Source of the DNA: Malacoraja senta
Taxonomy: Eukaryota
Direction of reading: 5' to 3'
Assembly: GCA_038087875.1 (NCBI GenBank)
Contig: CM075993.1
Coordinates: 6,512,001-6,576,000, forward strand
Length of the DNA: 64,000 nucleotides
Shown here: positions 51,401-62,700 of the stretch, piece by piece
How positions within the stretch are numbered: the first letter of the stretch is position 1
Layout of the letters: each line of letters starts with the position of its first letter
Made by a program: the position numbers and the translations under genes
Notes under the pieces: generated by a model
Database searches by the model: none
What the model saw: the letters and a program-made list of their open reading frames with translations, nothing else
What the model was told of the DNA's origin: nothing

Positions 51401-54400
51401 GTCTATCTTTGGTATAAATCAGCATCTACGGTTCCTTCCTACACAATTAAGGAACCTAGCTGAGTTATCCTTTCATATTTTAGTGGTGCAAAATGTCATG
51501 ATAAATGGTATTCCCGCCATAGCCTACTGAATTACTGCTTCCCACATTTCATACTGTTAAAGAAACTTGTCACTAGAGGTGTAGGATAGTGCTGGTGTAC
51601 TGGGTGATCGCTGACAAAAAACTTTCAGGAAAAATCCCAATTGTACAGGACCTATTCTCTCCGTTTCTCACTCCATCTCTGTCCAACCATCTCCCAATCA
51701 ATAACCACCCTCACCTGTATCCACCTATTACTTGTCAGGTTAGACACAAAATGATGGAGTAACTCAGCGGGTCAGGCGGCATCTCTGGAGAGAAGGAATG
51801 GTGAAAGGATTGGGATCGAGACTCTTCTTCAGCGAGGTATGGAGCGAAGTGGAGGATAAATGTGTGGCTGAAGGACTGGTGCAGTGGACAGGGATTCAAG
51901 TTTCTGGATCATTGGGACCTCTTTTGGGGAAGGTGTGACCTGTACAAAAAGGATGGGTTGCACTTGAACCCGAGGGGGACCAATATCCTGGCGGGGAGAT
52001 CTGCAAAGGCTACTGCGGAGACTTTAAACTAGAACGGTTGGGGGGAGGGACTCAAATAGAGAAAGCTTGTAGACAGTGTGTGAGGCAGGAGGCAGAGAAG
52101 GGAAGCACTCAGACCCAACAGGTAGGGGGGGAAAGAAGAAAAAAATAATAAACAGAGAATAAGAGGTGGTGGGTTTCTTAAATGTGTGAGCAGAGAGACA
52201 GAGGGGTGTAAAATGAGGGTAGAAGCAATAGGTAGCAAGGTGGAAAGTAAACGTGGCAGGCAGACAAATCCAGGGCAAAAATCAAAAAGGGCCACTTTTC
52301 AACATAATTGTATAAGGGGTAAGAGCGTTGTAAAAACAAGCCTGAAGGCTTTGTGTCTCAATGCAAGGAGCATTCGTAATAAGGTGGATGAGTTGAATGT
52401 GCAGATAGCTATTAATGATTATGATATAGTTGGGATCACGGAGACATGGCTCCAGGGTGACCAAGGCTGGGAGCTGAACATCCAGGGATATTCAATATTC
52501 AGGAGGGATAGACAGAAAGGAAAAGGAGGTGGGGTAGCGTTGCTGGTTAGAGAGGAGATTAACGCAATGGAAAGGAAGGATATTAGCTTGGAGGATGTGG
52601 AATCGATATGGGTAGAGCTACGAAACACTAAGGGGCAGAAAACGCTAGTGGGTGTTGTGTACAGGCCACCTAACAGTAGTAGTGGAGTTGGGCATGGCAT
52701 CAAACAGGAAATTAGAAATGCATGCAACAAAGGTAAAACAGTTATAATGGGTGACTTCAATCTACATATAGATTGGGTGAATCAAATTGGCAGGGGTGCT
52801 GAGGAAGAGGATTTCTTGTAATGTATGCGGGATAGTTTTCTAAACCAACATTTAGAGGAACCAACGAGAGAGCAGGCTATTCTAGACTGGGTATTGAGTA
52901 ATGAGGAAGGGTTAGTTAGCAGTCTTGTTGAGCGTGGCCCCTTGGGCAAGAGTGACCATAATATGGTTGAGTTCTTCATTAGGATGGAGAGTGACATTGT
53001 TAATTCAGAAAAAAGGGTTCTGAACTTAAAGAAAGGTAACTTTGAGGGTATGAAACGTGAATTGGCCAAGATTGACTGGCAATTGATTCTTAAATGGTTG
53101 ATGGTGGATATGCAATGGAAGGCATTTAAAGACTGCATGGATGAACTACAAAAATTGTTCATCCCAGTTTGGCAAAAGAATAAATCAGGGAAGGTAGTGC
53201 ATCCGTGGATAACAAGGGAAATCAGGGATAGTATCAAAACAAAAGATGAAGCGTACAAATTAGCCAGAAAAAGCAGCATACCAGAGGACTGGGAGAAATT
53301 GAGAGTCCAGCAGAGGAGGACAAAGGGCTTAATTAGGAAAGGGGAAATAGATTATGAAAGAAAACTGGCAGGGAACATAAAAACTGACTGCAAAGGTTTT
53401 TATAGATATGTGAAGAGAAAGAGATTAGTTAAAACAAATGTAGGTCCCTTGCAGTCAGAAACCGGTGAATTGATCATGGGGAACAAGGACATGGCAGACC
53501 AATTGAATAACTACTTTGGTTCTGTCTTCACTAAGGAAGACAAAAATAATCTGCCGGAAATAGCAGGGGACCGCGGGTCAAATGAGATAGAGGAACTGAG
53601 TGAAATCCAGGTTAGCCGGGAAGTGGTGTTAGGTAAATTGAATGGATTAAAGGCCGATAAATCCCCAGGGCCAGATAGGCTGCATCCCAGAGTACTTAAG
53701 GAAGTAGCCCCAGAAATAGTGGATGCATTAGTGATAATTTTTCAAAACTCCTTAGATTCTGGAGTAGTTCCTGAGGATTGGAGGGTAGCTAATGTAACCC
53801 CCCTTTTTAAAAAGGGAGGGAGAGAGAAAATGGGGAATTACAGACCAGTTAGTCTAACATCGGTAGTGGGGAAACTGCTAGTCAGTTATTAAAGATGGGA
53901 TAGGAGCACATTTGGAAAGTGGTGAAATCATTGGACAAAGTCAGCATGGATTTACGAAAGGTAAATCATGTCTGACGAATCTTATAGAATTTTTCGAGGA
54001 TGTAACTAGTAGAGTGGATAAGGGAGAACCAGTGGATGTGTTATATCTGGACTTTCAGAAGGCTTTCGACAAGGTCCCACATAAGAAATTAGTATACAAA
54101 CTTAAAGCACACGGTATTGGGGGTTCAGTATTGATGTGGATAGAGAACTGGCTGGCAAACAGGAAGCAAAGAGTAGGAGTAAACGGGTCCTTTTCAGAAT
54201 GGCAGGCAGTGACTAGTGGGGTACCGCAAGGCTCAGTGCTGGGACCCCAGCTATTTACAATATATATTAATGATTTGGACGAGGGAATTGAATGCAACAT
54301 CTCCAAGTTTGCGGATGACACAAAGCTGGGGGGCAGTGTTAGCTGTGAGGAGGATGCTAAGAGGCTGCAAGGTGACTTGGATAGGCTGCGTGAGTGGGCA

Positions 54401-57400
54401 AATGCATGGCAGATGCAGTATAATGTGGATAAATGTGAGGTTATCCACTTTGGTGGCAAAAACAGGAAAGTAGACTATTATCTAAATGGTGGCAGATTAG
54501 GAAAAGGGGAGATGCAACGAGACCTGGGTGTCATGGTACACCAGTCATTGAAAGTAGGCATGCAGGTGCAGCAGGCAGTGAAGAAAGCGAATGGTATGTT
54601 AGCATTCATAGCAAAAGGATTTGAGTATAGGAGCAGGGAGGTTCTACGGCAGTTGTACAGGGTCTTGGTGAGACCACACCTGGAGTATTGCGTACAGTTT
54701 TGGTCTCCAAATCTGAGGAAAGACATTCTTGCCATAGAGGGAGTACAGAGAAGGTTCACCAGACTGATTCCTGGGATGTCAGGACTTTCATATGAAGAAA
54801 GACTGGATAGACTCGGCTTGTACTCGCTAGAATTTAGAAGATTGAGGGGGGATCTTATAGAAACTTACAAAATTCTTAAGGGATTGGACAGGCTAGATGC
54901 AGGAAGATTGTTCGCGATGTTGGGGAAGTCCAGGACAAGGGGTCACAGTTTAAGGATTAAGGGGAAATCCTTTAGGACCGAGATGAGAAAAACATTTTTC
55001 ACACAGAGAGTGGTGAATCTCTGGAACTCTCTGCCACAGAAGGTAGTTGAGGCCAGTTCATTGGCTATATTTAAGAGGGAGTTAGATGTGGCCCTTGTGG
55101 CTAAAGCGATCAGGGGGTATGGAGAGAAGGCAGGTACAGGATACTGAGTTGGATGATCAGCCATGATCATATTGAATGGCGGTGCAGGCTCGAAGGGCCG
55201 AATGGCCTACTCCTGCACCTATTTTCTATGTTTCTATGTTTCAGACTAGTCAGGGGAAAGGGAAACGAGAGATATGGACGGTGATGTAAGAAGATATGGA
55301 ACAAATGAATGAAAGATATGCAAACAATCTACAATGATAAAGGAAACCGGCTATTATCTGCTGTTTGCTAGATGAGAACGAGAAGCTGGTGCGACTTGGA
55401 TGGGGGAGAGATGGAGAGAGAGGGAATGCAGGGGTTACTTGAAGTAAGAGAAATCAGTATTCATACCATTGGGCTATAAGTCTTTGTCCCGCCCCTCCTC
55501 TCTTCCCGTTTCCTCCCCCATCCCACCGCAATCATTCTGATGAAGGTTCCCTACCCCAGAATGTCACCAATCCATGTTCTCCAGGGATGCTGCCTGACCC
55601 GCGGAGTTACTCCAGCACTTTGTGTCTGGGAAATCCATCTGCAGATGCTGGTTTAAACCGAAGATAGACACAAAATGCTGGAGTAACTCAGCGGCAGCAT
55701 CTCTGGAGAGAAGGAATGGATGACGTTTCGGGTCTGAAGAAGGGTCTCGAGCTGAAACGTCACCCATTCCTTCCCTCCAGAGATGCTGCCTATCCCGCTG
55801 AGTTACTCCAGCATTTTGCGTCTGTATTCATACGAAATGAGGTGATCTAGGTTTCGACAACCTGTTGGTGAATTCAGGAGCAGGTTGGTTCGACTGTACC
55901 TTATTCAGGGTGGACGAGTCATCGAAGTTAATCCGATAGAGAACTCCGTTTCCACCAACATATAGGTTCCTTCCTTCGAGGAGTGTGGTGGCAAATTGTT
56001 CAACTTGCTGAAAGTTAGCCCGTTTTGTGTTGTGATCTGTAGGGACACAGAGCAGCATATCGTTAATGACCTTGGTTTAGTTTAGAGATACAACGCTGAA
56101 ACAGGCCCTTCGGCCCACCGAGTCTGCGCCGACCAGCGATCCCCACACACTATCCTGCACACACTAGGGATAATTCTACACTTATACCAAGCCAATCAAC
56201 CTACAAACCTGTAGGTCTTTGGAGTGTGAGAGGAAACCGAAGATCTCAAAAAAATACAGGCGGTCACCTGGAGAACGGTAAAACTCAATAAAGAAAGCAC
56301 CAGTGCTGGAACCTGGGTATCTGCCGCTGTGAGCTCTGTAAGGCAGCAACTCTACCACTGCCCCACCATGCCACCCCTTAAACTAATTGCATTAATCACA
56401 AAGAAGAACAAGGCTTCCCTTGACAAAATGTCAGTCACAGTAAGTGGAAATCAAGTACTCGAAGTACTTAGGGACGACAGATGGCGCAATGGGCTAAGTG
56501 TTCGGCTGGCAACCGGAAGGTAGCCGGTTCGAATCCCGCTTGGAGTGCATACTGTCGTTGTGTCCTTGGGCAAGACACTTCACCCACCTTTGCCTGCGTG
56601 TGAATGTGTGTGAATGTGTGTGAGTGATTGGTGGTGGTCGGAGGGGCCGTAGGCGCAGATTAGCAGCCACGCTTCCGTCAGTCTGCCCCAGGGCAGCTGT
56701 GGCTACAGAAGTAGCTCACCACACCCTTTCAGCGAACAGCTCACTTTTAACAATACTAAAACCAATTCAAAATAGTTAAGAGATAAAGAGTGAGGAATAT
56801 ATGTAACTGAATACAATTGAAGTCAGAATGAAACATATATATATATGCTGTAACTAGGGTGAAATAGAACTGATTTGGAAACGGTACAGACCCCCTAGGT
56901 TTTGGGTAATAAAGGCAGCGCGGCTAACGTCATAACATCTACGCCGGAAGCGATATAGATGTCGTACCCCACAGACGAGTGGGACACTCACTACGGTGTT
57001 GAAATCTCAGACACCGTACACTTATTTGATATACTTTTATTTTTTATTTTTATCACAATACGTCACATCTATGTGTTTTCTTTCCAAGGACAATCGCGGA
57101 GGAGAACTACCAAGGAAGTCTATAATAGAAATGCCCCCAAAATAACCAGTCCTGAGGTATGAATGCACCATAATAAATAAGATCATTAAAATTGGTAAAA
57201 ATGTATGATGATAATCAAAACAAAATGGGAGGAATCACACTATGTAGCTGGAATATAAGGGGTATTAATGAACCTATTAAAAGGAGCAAGGTACTAGCTC
57301 AGTTGAAATCATACAACACGGACATTTCGTTTCTACAGGAAACGCATCTTAAACATCAAGATCAGACGAGATTGAGGGCGAACTGGATAGGACAAACATT

Positions 57401-60400
57401 TCACTCTTCATTCACCTCCAAATCTAGAGGCACTGCAATCATCATTCGTAAAGGAATTCCATTTAAATCAAAGAATACTATTTTAGATAAGGAAGGGAGA
57501 TACCTTATAGTAGCAGGAGAGATCAATAATACGCCAATTACGCTGGTAAATATATACGCGCCCAATTTCGATAACCCTCAATTTTTAAATAAAATTCTGA
57601 ATATAATTGCAGAATTTAATTTTCAAAATGTTATAATTGGAGGAGACTTTAACTGTGTTTTAGACCCTTATCTAGATAAATCGATGCAAAAACAAAAAGG
57701 TAATATGAAATCTAAAACCAGTGAACTTTTACATACATATATGGAAAACACAAATATAGCAGATGTGTGGAGGATTGCAAACCCGACGGGAAGGGATTAT
57801 TCGTTTTATTCAACGGTGCATAAAACATACTCACGGATAGACTACTTTCTTGTGGATACAAAATTAATTCCGCACACTATGAACGCTAAATACCACACTA
57901 ATGCGATCTCAGACCACTCTCCGTTAACTTTTGTTTTAAAACTAGAAGGAATGTCTATGAATAAATCGTTCTGGAGGTTTAACTCGCAAATTTTAAAAGA
58001 CCCACAAGGGAGTATATATCTAAAAAAACAGATGGATCTATTTTTTGAGATAAATGATACACCAGATATTTCCCCCACGCTATTATGGGAATCCTTCAAA
58101 GCATTTATTAGAGGAGTCATTATTTCATTCCAAGCTTATCAAAATAAAAAGAATAAGAATGAACAAAGACATTTAGAAGAACAAATAAAACAATTAGATA
58201 CAGATAATGCTAAAGACCCAACTATGGATAAACATAATAAAATCCTACTATTGAAATTCAAGCTAAATAAATTACTGTCAGAGAAAGTTATAACATTATT
58301 TCAAATCACAAAACAAGAACACTTCGAATTCGGGGACAAACCCCACAAACCCCTAGCACGGCAACTGAAAAAACGGGAAAAAGAGAATGCAATATTAAAG
58401 ATTAAATCAGACAGAGGGGAATTATTAACACTACCCAAGGATATCAATAAAAGATTTGCTCAATTTTACCAGAATCTATACACATCTAAAACGTTAATAG
58501 ACAATAATAAAATCTCAGAATTTTTAGATAACTGTAACCTACCACAATTAGAACTGAGGGAACAAGAGGAACTGGGAGCACAAATTACTTCTAAAGAGAT
58601 AGAAGACACAATAAAAACACTAAAGAATGGAAAAACACCAGGACCAGACGGATTCAGTAATGAATTTTATAAATCTTTTTATGACATAGTTACTCCACGT
58701 TTACAGAAAATGTATACACATGCTTTTAAAGAGCAAAACTTACCTGAAACACTAGCAGAATCAACGATCATATTAATACTTAAAAAAGATAAAAATATAG
58801 AAGAACCAGGATCATAGAGAGCTATAGCTTTGTTAAATACGGATCAAAAAATAATAGCGAAAACACTAGCCAGTAGACTAAGCAGGTATGTTAGTAGACT
58901 AATAAATGAGGATCAAACAGGATTTATACCTAAGAGACATTCATTTAATAATTTGAGACGTTTGCTTAACATAATGCACTCGCATAAATCTCAGGACCAA
59001 GAGTTATCTATCATCTCATTGGACGCAGAAAAAGCGTTTGATCAAGTAGAATGGGACTATATGTTTAAAGTATTGCAAAAATTCCAATTGGGAGAGAACT
59101 TCATTGCATGGATAAAACTATTATATAACAAACCTACGGCTAGAATACTAACTAATAATATATTATCCTCGAAATTTGAACTATCAAGGGGCAATAGACA
59201 AGGATGTTCATTATCACCGCTGTTATTTGCTTTAGTAATTGAACCCCTTGCTGAAAAAATAAGAACACACATGGATATTTACGGTTATAATACAAAATAT
59301 TCAAATAACAAAATATCCTTATATGCCGATGACGTACTATTGTACATCACAAAACCACAAATTAGTATACCAAATATATTAAATTTAATTGAGGACTTTG
59401 GATCCTTTTCAGGATATAGAATAAACTGGAACAAAAGTGAAATTATGTCGATAAAACCAAAAGACTCAACACCTCAGGAAAATCCCCTTTAAAATAGCTA
59501 TAGAAAAAAATTCAAATATTTTGGGAATTGAAATTTACTAGAAATTACCAGGATATGTTTAAAGCCAATTATAATCCCTTCAGAAATTAAATAATATGAT
59601 TAAATTCTGGAAAACACTTCCGATGTCCTTAATAGGCAGAATAAATTGCTATAAAAATGATTTTTCTTACCACAAATTCCTATACCTATTTCAATCAATA
59701 CCTATATATCTCCCAAAAAAGTTTTCAAAAAATTGGACTCAGACCATAACAAATTTATATGGGATTATAAATCCCATAGAATACAAAGAGCACACCTTAA
59801 TAAACGAAAAGAGTTTGGGGGGTCTCACGCTCCCTAACTTTATGTATTATAAATGGGCAGTAAATATTAAAATATGATTCACCTGCTGGACAATTCTGCC
59901 CAGCAGGTGACCTGATTATAATGGAAAAAGAGGACTGTTCCCCCGAGTAATATAGGAGCGATTATTCCTCTCCCAATAAATTTGAATAATAAAAATTATA
60001 ATAAAAACCCAATTATAAATAGCACAATTAGAACATGGAAACAAATAAAACAGAATCTAAAATTAAGAAACCTATCTCTCTCAATACCAATAGTTAATAA
60101 CCCATCGTTTAAACCTTCAACCATAGACAAATCATTTATACAATGGGAAAAGAATGGGAATCAAAACGCTCGAAGATCTGTATGAATTGGGAAAATTTAC
60201 TATCATTTCAACACTACAACTGAAATATATCTGAAAAATAATCAATATTTTAAATATCTACAAATTCGTGATTACCTGAAAAAATACACAAAAAGACTAT
60301 CATAATATGCCTTCCGACTTACTAGATGAAGCAATGAAGACAAAGGCGGAATCAGCTAATCTAATATCGTACTTATATAATATCATTTTAAACATAGAAA

Positions 60401-62555
60401 TACCCACAACAGAAGAATTAGAAGAGACTGGGAACAAGAATTAGCTATAAAAATTTCAAAAGAGAGCTGGGATAACCACTTACTACAGGTGCATAAATGT
60501 TCGATCAACGTACGACATACGCTCATCCAATTCAAAACATTACATAGACTATATTTATTCAAGAACTAAATTAAATAAAATCTTTCCTATGTTCACCAAT
60601 CTGTGATAAATGTCTATCTCAAGAAGCTACCATAGCGCATTCTTTTGTTTTTTGTACAAAAATCCAAAATTTTTGGTATGAAATATTTGATATTTTCTCA
60701 AATTAATTAAAATAAAACTGGTACCAAAACCAGAATGGATCATTTTTGGAATATCGGAAGGTATCCCTGAATTAAACGTGTATCAGAAGAACTTAATTCA
60801 ATTACGGGCTAATAATGGGAAAAAGGCTCATACTTAAATTCTGGAAAAATGCGCCCACACCAACAATAAAAATGTGGACATCAAATATGTTGGAAACATT
60901 ACATCTGGAAGAGATGAGATTCCTCTTAGCAGGGAAAGCAGACCAATTCCAAAGACGTGGTCTACGTTTTTTGGACCCATTACAAGCATGAGGTGCAATA
61001 GTAATTTAAAAAATAAATAAATAAGAATGGTATCAGGACCTGGTAATGGGAGGTAAAACAATAAAAACAGACTTGGTTGGTGGTTCCCTTTCTGCGATTG
61101 TTCCTACTTTCTTTTTCTTTCTTTTCTAGGATCTACTTTCTTACTTTACTTCCTTCTCTAACTTCTTTCTAAGGGGCTTTCTTTTCACAACACTCTTTTG
61201 CACCTCACGACTCTTGCGCACTTTCTTTACTTTTCTTACTTCTATCTTTCTCTTAAAGCTCAAAAAAATGAAGCGGTATAAAAAATGTATTAAGATATAA
61301 GTGTTGTGTATTACTGTAATTTACCGTACTTCTAATAAAAATAATTTAAAAAAAAAAAAAAAAAAGTAGCTCACCACCACCGAGTGTGACTGAGGAGTGA
61401 ATGAATAATGCGATGTAAAGCGCCTTGAGTATTAGAAAGGCGCTATATAAATCCCATCCATTATTATTATTATTATTACTCGGTTCATTAACTATGTTCT
61501 CCAGATCATGTTCTAGGAGCAGAGTTAGGCCATTCGGCCCATCAAGTCTACTCCGCCATCCAATCATGGCTGATCTATCTCTCCCTCTCAACCCCATTCT
61601 CCTGCCTTCTGCCCATAACCCCTGACACCCAGGATACTCTCAATGGAAAATATTGAAGCATATTAGTATCAGGTTGGCCCTGGGAAAATAGTTAAGGCAG
61701 GTACAATAACAGCATTGAAAATCATTTAGATTGGTATATGGATAAGAATGGTATAGAACAGAACATAGATCAGTACAATAGACAGACACAAAATGCTGGA
61801 GTAACTCAGCGGGACAGGCAGCATCTCCAGTTCGAAGAGAGGTCTCGACCAGAAATGTCGCCTATTCCTTCTCTCCAGAGATGTTGCCCGGCCGCTGAGT
61901 TACCCCAGCACTTTGTTTTTCTCAAGACTCCAGCATCTGCAGTTTCTCGTGTTTGCAAGAGAGACATAGATCAAGAACGATGTAGATAGGATATGAATGA
62001 AATGAATGAATGAATGAATGAATGAATAAGTTTATCGGCCAAGTATTCACATACAAGAATGTCCTTGGTGTGGCGTGGTGCATGGATCAAGTGCGGCGCT
62101 AATCATTAGTTGGCGAGGAGGGCAGTAAATATGATGGGAATATTGAATAACGGTTGCAGAGAAAAATGACTTAAGATAGATCAATGGATACAGAGAGGTA
62201 TTTGGAGACAAATTAATATCGCAACCGATCTGGGCCTCGTCGCCCGCTCAGTTCAAGGACAAATCTATAAACAGCGGCGGGTCTGTGGGCTGGAAGGGGA
62301 TCACCCACCCGGCGATTGAGGTCCAATCCCGGGACCCCACTGCTATCCCGGAGACCATCAGCTCCTTATACCCGGGGTACACGGGCTCCCCGGCGCTCCC
62401 TCACTGACAGACCCCGGCGCTCCCTCACTCTCCATCTCCAGGGGATAGATACCCGGTCGCGGACACTCACCCGTCAGTGTGTGTTTGAGCCGCGGGCTGG
62501 TGGTGGTGGCGGCGCCGGCGATGAGCAGCAGTAGAGCGGGCAGCAAGAGGACCAT
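18379..62555 (-). CDS. SEMA7A: Semaphorin-7A-like gene, copy A (exons 1-11; signal peptide + Sema domain; PSI/Ig/GPI exons not visible, presumably in the gap)
   Basis: Eleven exons with AG/GT boundaries and mutually compatible phases once the exon 8-10 indels are corrected. Joined peptide has Sema motifs ([80 protein letters not shown]). Exon layout, including the tiny exon 3, matches my recollection of vertebrate SEMA7A. Subfamily assignment is not confirmed by a search. Confidence 0.85.
18580..21968 (+). mobile_element. Degenerate CR1 LINE ORF2, interrupted at 20918-21708
   Basis: Continuous similarity to the 52.3-55.2 kb CR1, with many indels; CR1-type 3' tail. Confidence 0.88.
20918..21708 (-). 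mobile_element. Rex1/Babar-like LINE 3' fragment
   Basis: [21 protein letters not shown]...VESFKFLG; (TTCA)n tail. Confidence 0.75.
23430..23980 (+). mobile_element. CR1 3' fragment
   Basis: Matches the 54690-55240 CR1 end, including the tail. Confidence 0.8.
24010..24204 (-). CDS. SEMA7A: SEMA7A-like copy A exon 10 ([16 protein letters not shown][-1][18 protein letters not shown]...LILAM); -1 frameshift as assembled
   Basis: ctgcag| acceptor, G|GTAGGT donor; 195 nt where 196 is needed; frame switch near 24152-24162. Confidence 0.85.
25361..25475 (-). CDS. SEMA7A: SEMA7A-like copy A exon 9 ([23 protein letters not shown]...PRPGT); in-frame TAA as assembled
   Basis: ttttcag| acceptor, ACG|GTGAGG donor, 115 nt; TAA at 25376-25378; two compensating 1-nt indels would give [17 protein letters not shown]. 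Confidence 0.85.
25540..25865 (+). mobile_element. Penelope-like element 3' end + terminal repeat
   Basis: [24 protein letters not shown] followed by the CTGAAGAAGGGTCTCGACCC(A)AAACGTCACCC repeat, which recurs dozens of times in the window, often as inverted pairs. Confidence 0.8.
26696..26875 (-). CDS. SEMA7A: SEMA7A-like copy A exon 8 ([20 protein letters not shown][+1][19 protein letters not shown]...[10 protein letters not shown]); +1 frameshift as assembled
   Basis: ccacag| acceptor, TG|GTGAGT donor; 180 nt where 179 restores frame; extra base in the G4 run at 26814-26817. Confidence 0.88.
27615..28405. repeat. Degenerate minisatellite (about 30-bp unit, about 25 copies) derived from the exon-7/intron-7 junction
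   Basis: Repeating CAC(T/C)CACCTT(A/G)CACACTCGGG(G/C)AAGG; the last unit overlaps the exon 7 end. Confidence 0.88.
28390..28511 (-). CDS. SEMA7A: SEMA7A-like copy A exon 7 ([41 protein letters not shown])
   Basis: cccttcag| acceptor, AAG|GTGGGT donor, 122 nt; hallmark YxFFRE and SRIARVCK motifs. Confidence 0.92.
28836..29448 (-). mobile_element. Tx1-clade LINE 3' fragment
   Basis: GDLGWR..H...[17 protein letters not shown] zinc knuckle, [13 protein letters not shown]-terminus. Confidence 0.75.
32785..33420 (+). CDS. DIRS gag-like ORF (3' part)
   Basis: 211-aa ORF in the gag position (PxNC..L.VP.VN..IW; LLFGEDL..VKDL). Confidence 0.65.
   Translation: MKEEQQDSDDESYEDQSPITEPKIPGLAQKFAVPRLTGEPLGDELAMTINYLLSHQLQELTMDETVKKYETPQNCALLAVPAVNNVIWGYLGIAVRSQEMKLQRVLKLLGSGITAFARGFDEEHVSGCQQDALALMCSAHFEINCIRKSAIRPNIHPKFAGLCKPSNIQLPHLLFGEDLAKRVKDLNEEAKTVGMMKPLVLGRSIRRQLPY
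33685..35086 (+). mobile_element. 5'-truncated L2-clade LINE with open RT ORF (33696-34958), inserted in the DIRS RT
   Basis: [54 protein letters not shown]; (TAT)n tail; TATTG at both junctions. Confidence 0.92.
35087..35938 (+). pseudogene. DIRS reverse transcriptase (disrupted)
   Basis: [30 protein letters not shown] (35605-35616), YLGFTI; stops and frameshifts; split by the L2 and L1 insertions. Confidence 0.88.
35939..38066 (-). mobile_element. 5'-truncated L1 LINE inserted in DIRS
   Basis: Poly(A) on minus at 35939; ORF2 3' half with CCHC motif ([15 protein letters not shown]); 14-bp TSD ATTATCAGCAATTG (35925-35938 / 38067-38080). Confidence 0.93.
38067..39028 (+). CDS. DIRS RNase H + DNA adenine-methylase-like domain
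   Basis: [35 protein letters not shown]; then IDLFASRLN...DAF...YAFPPF. Confidence 0.85.
38998..40023 (+). pseudogene. DIRS tyrosine recombinase (one in-frame TGA at 39523-39525)
   Basis: Catalytic R (AQRV), HSTR, GW and Y (FHKYY); the two ORF-track pieces are in the same frame. Confidence 0.88.
41397..42125 (-). mobile_element. CR1 RT fragment
   Basis: [25 protein letters not shown]. Confidence 0.88.
42558..42668 (-). CDS. SEMA7A: SEMA7A-like copy A exon 6 ([37 protein letters not shown])
   Basis: ctacag| acceptor, G|GTAAGC donor, 111 nt, phase 1 to 1. Confidence 0.87.
42756..42858 (-). CDS. SEMA7A: SEMA7A-like copy A exon 5 (FKNELKEF...[13 protein letters not shown])
   Basis: ttttacag| acceptor, G|GTAAGT donor, 103 nt, phase 0 to 1. 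Confidence 0.82.
43606..43640 (-). ncRNA. Minimal hammerhead-ribozyme-like motif in a Penelope terminal repeat (representative copy)
   Basis: Minus strand CUGAAGA-A-GGGUC-UC-GACCC-GAAA-CG-UC; palindromic ACGU helix III; helix I only about 2 bp. Confidence 0.55.
44615..44713 (-). CDS. SEMA7A: SEMA7A-like copy A exon 4 ([33 protein letters not shown])
   Basis: attccag| acceptor, |GTAAGT donor, 99 nt; CxNYI...LVCAT...CW Sema motif. Confidence 0.9.
45587..45631 (-). CDS. SEMA7A: SEMA7A-like copy A exon 3 ([15 protein letters not shown])
   Basis: Polypyrimidine tract + ttatag|, donor TCG|GTGAGT, 45 nt, contains a Cys; splice sites conserved in copy B. Confidence 0.8.
46912..47225 (+). mobile_element. 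HE1-type V-SINE (representative; about 20 other copies, e.g. 225-535-, 2835-3075+, 4536-4842+, 8478-8800-, 24560-24862-, 26008-26270+, 26340-26665-, 29445-29690+, 43072-43385-, 56075-56375-)
   Basis: tRNA-like A box GGTGGCGCAGCGG and B box GGTTCGATCC, V-domain (GTTTGTACGTTCTCCCCGTG...TTTCCTCCCACACTCCAAAGAC), CR1-like tail ending (AAACT)n. Confidence 0.85.
49712..50070 (+). mobile_element. tRNA-derived SINE with L2-type tail, inserted in an HE1 SINE (copy A only); second copy 56471-56722 + 61366-61478 is split by the L1
   Basis: A/B boxes (TGGCGCAATGG; GTTCGAATCCC), tail GTAAAGCGCCTTGAG...(ATT)n resembling the L2 end at 35020-35086; TAGAGT duplicated at the junctions. Confidence 0.82.
51833..55240 (+). 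mobile_element. CR1-clade LINE: ORF1 3' end (SGNH esterase) + near-complete ORF2 (APE endonuclease + RT)
   Basis: DGLHLN esterase motif ending at 52032; ORFs 52186-52821, 52825-53892, 53912-55147 ([28 protein letters not shown]); one stop and one frameshift; TTTCTATG tail; absent from copy B. Confidence 0.95.
55900..56036 (-). CDS. SEMA7A: SEMA7A-like copy A exon 2 (DHNTKRANF...[23 protein letters not shown])
   Basis: Acceptor ccctacag|, donor AAG|GTACAG, 137 nt, phase 1 to 0; LYVGG motif. Confidence 0.88.
56723..61365 (+). mobile_element. L1 LINE, 5'-truncated (complete ORF2 span, no ORF1), inserted in a SINE
   Basis: EN (SWNIRG, LQETH, GGDFN, SRIDY, SDH) and RT ([20 protein letters not shown]); poly(A) 61348-61365; TSD (AA)GTAGCTCACCAC 56711-56722 / 61366-61377. 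Confidence 0.95.
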
Positions 62556-62700
62556 GACCACAGAGCAGTGACAGCCGGCTGCGGGGAGGGGAGGGGAGTG
62601 GAGGGGGCAGGGGAGGGGAGGGGAGGGGAGGGGAGGGGGGACGGGATCCGATTCGACGCTGCAGGACTGGGGGAGGATCATAGAGATCAGTATTCCAAGT
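62220..62700 (-). promoter_or_regulatory. CpG-rich promoter/first-exon region of copy A with a GGGGA purine tract (62582-62640)
   Basis: CpG-dense unique sequence surrounding exon 1; TSS not determined. Confidence 0.6.
62471..62555 (-). CDS. SEMA7A: SEMA7A-like copy A exon 1 (signal peptide [28 protein letters not shown])
   Basis: ATG at 62555, hydrophobic leader, donor G|GTGAGT, 85 nt, phase 1; lies in a CpG-rich region. Confidence 0.85.
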
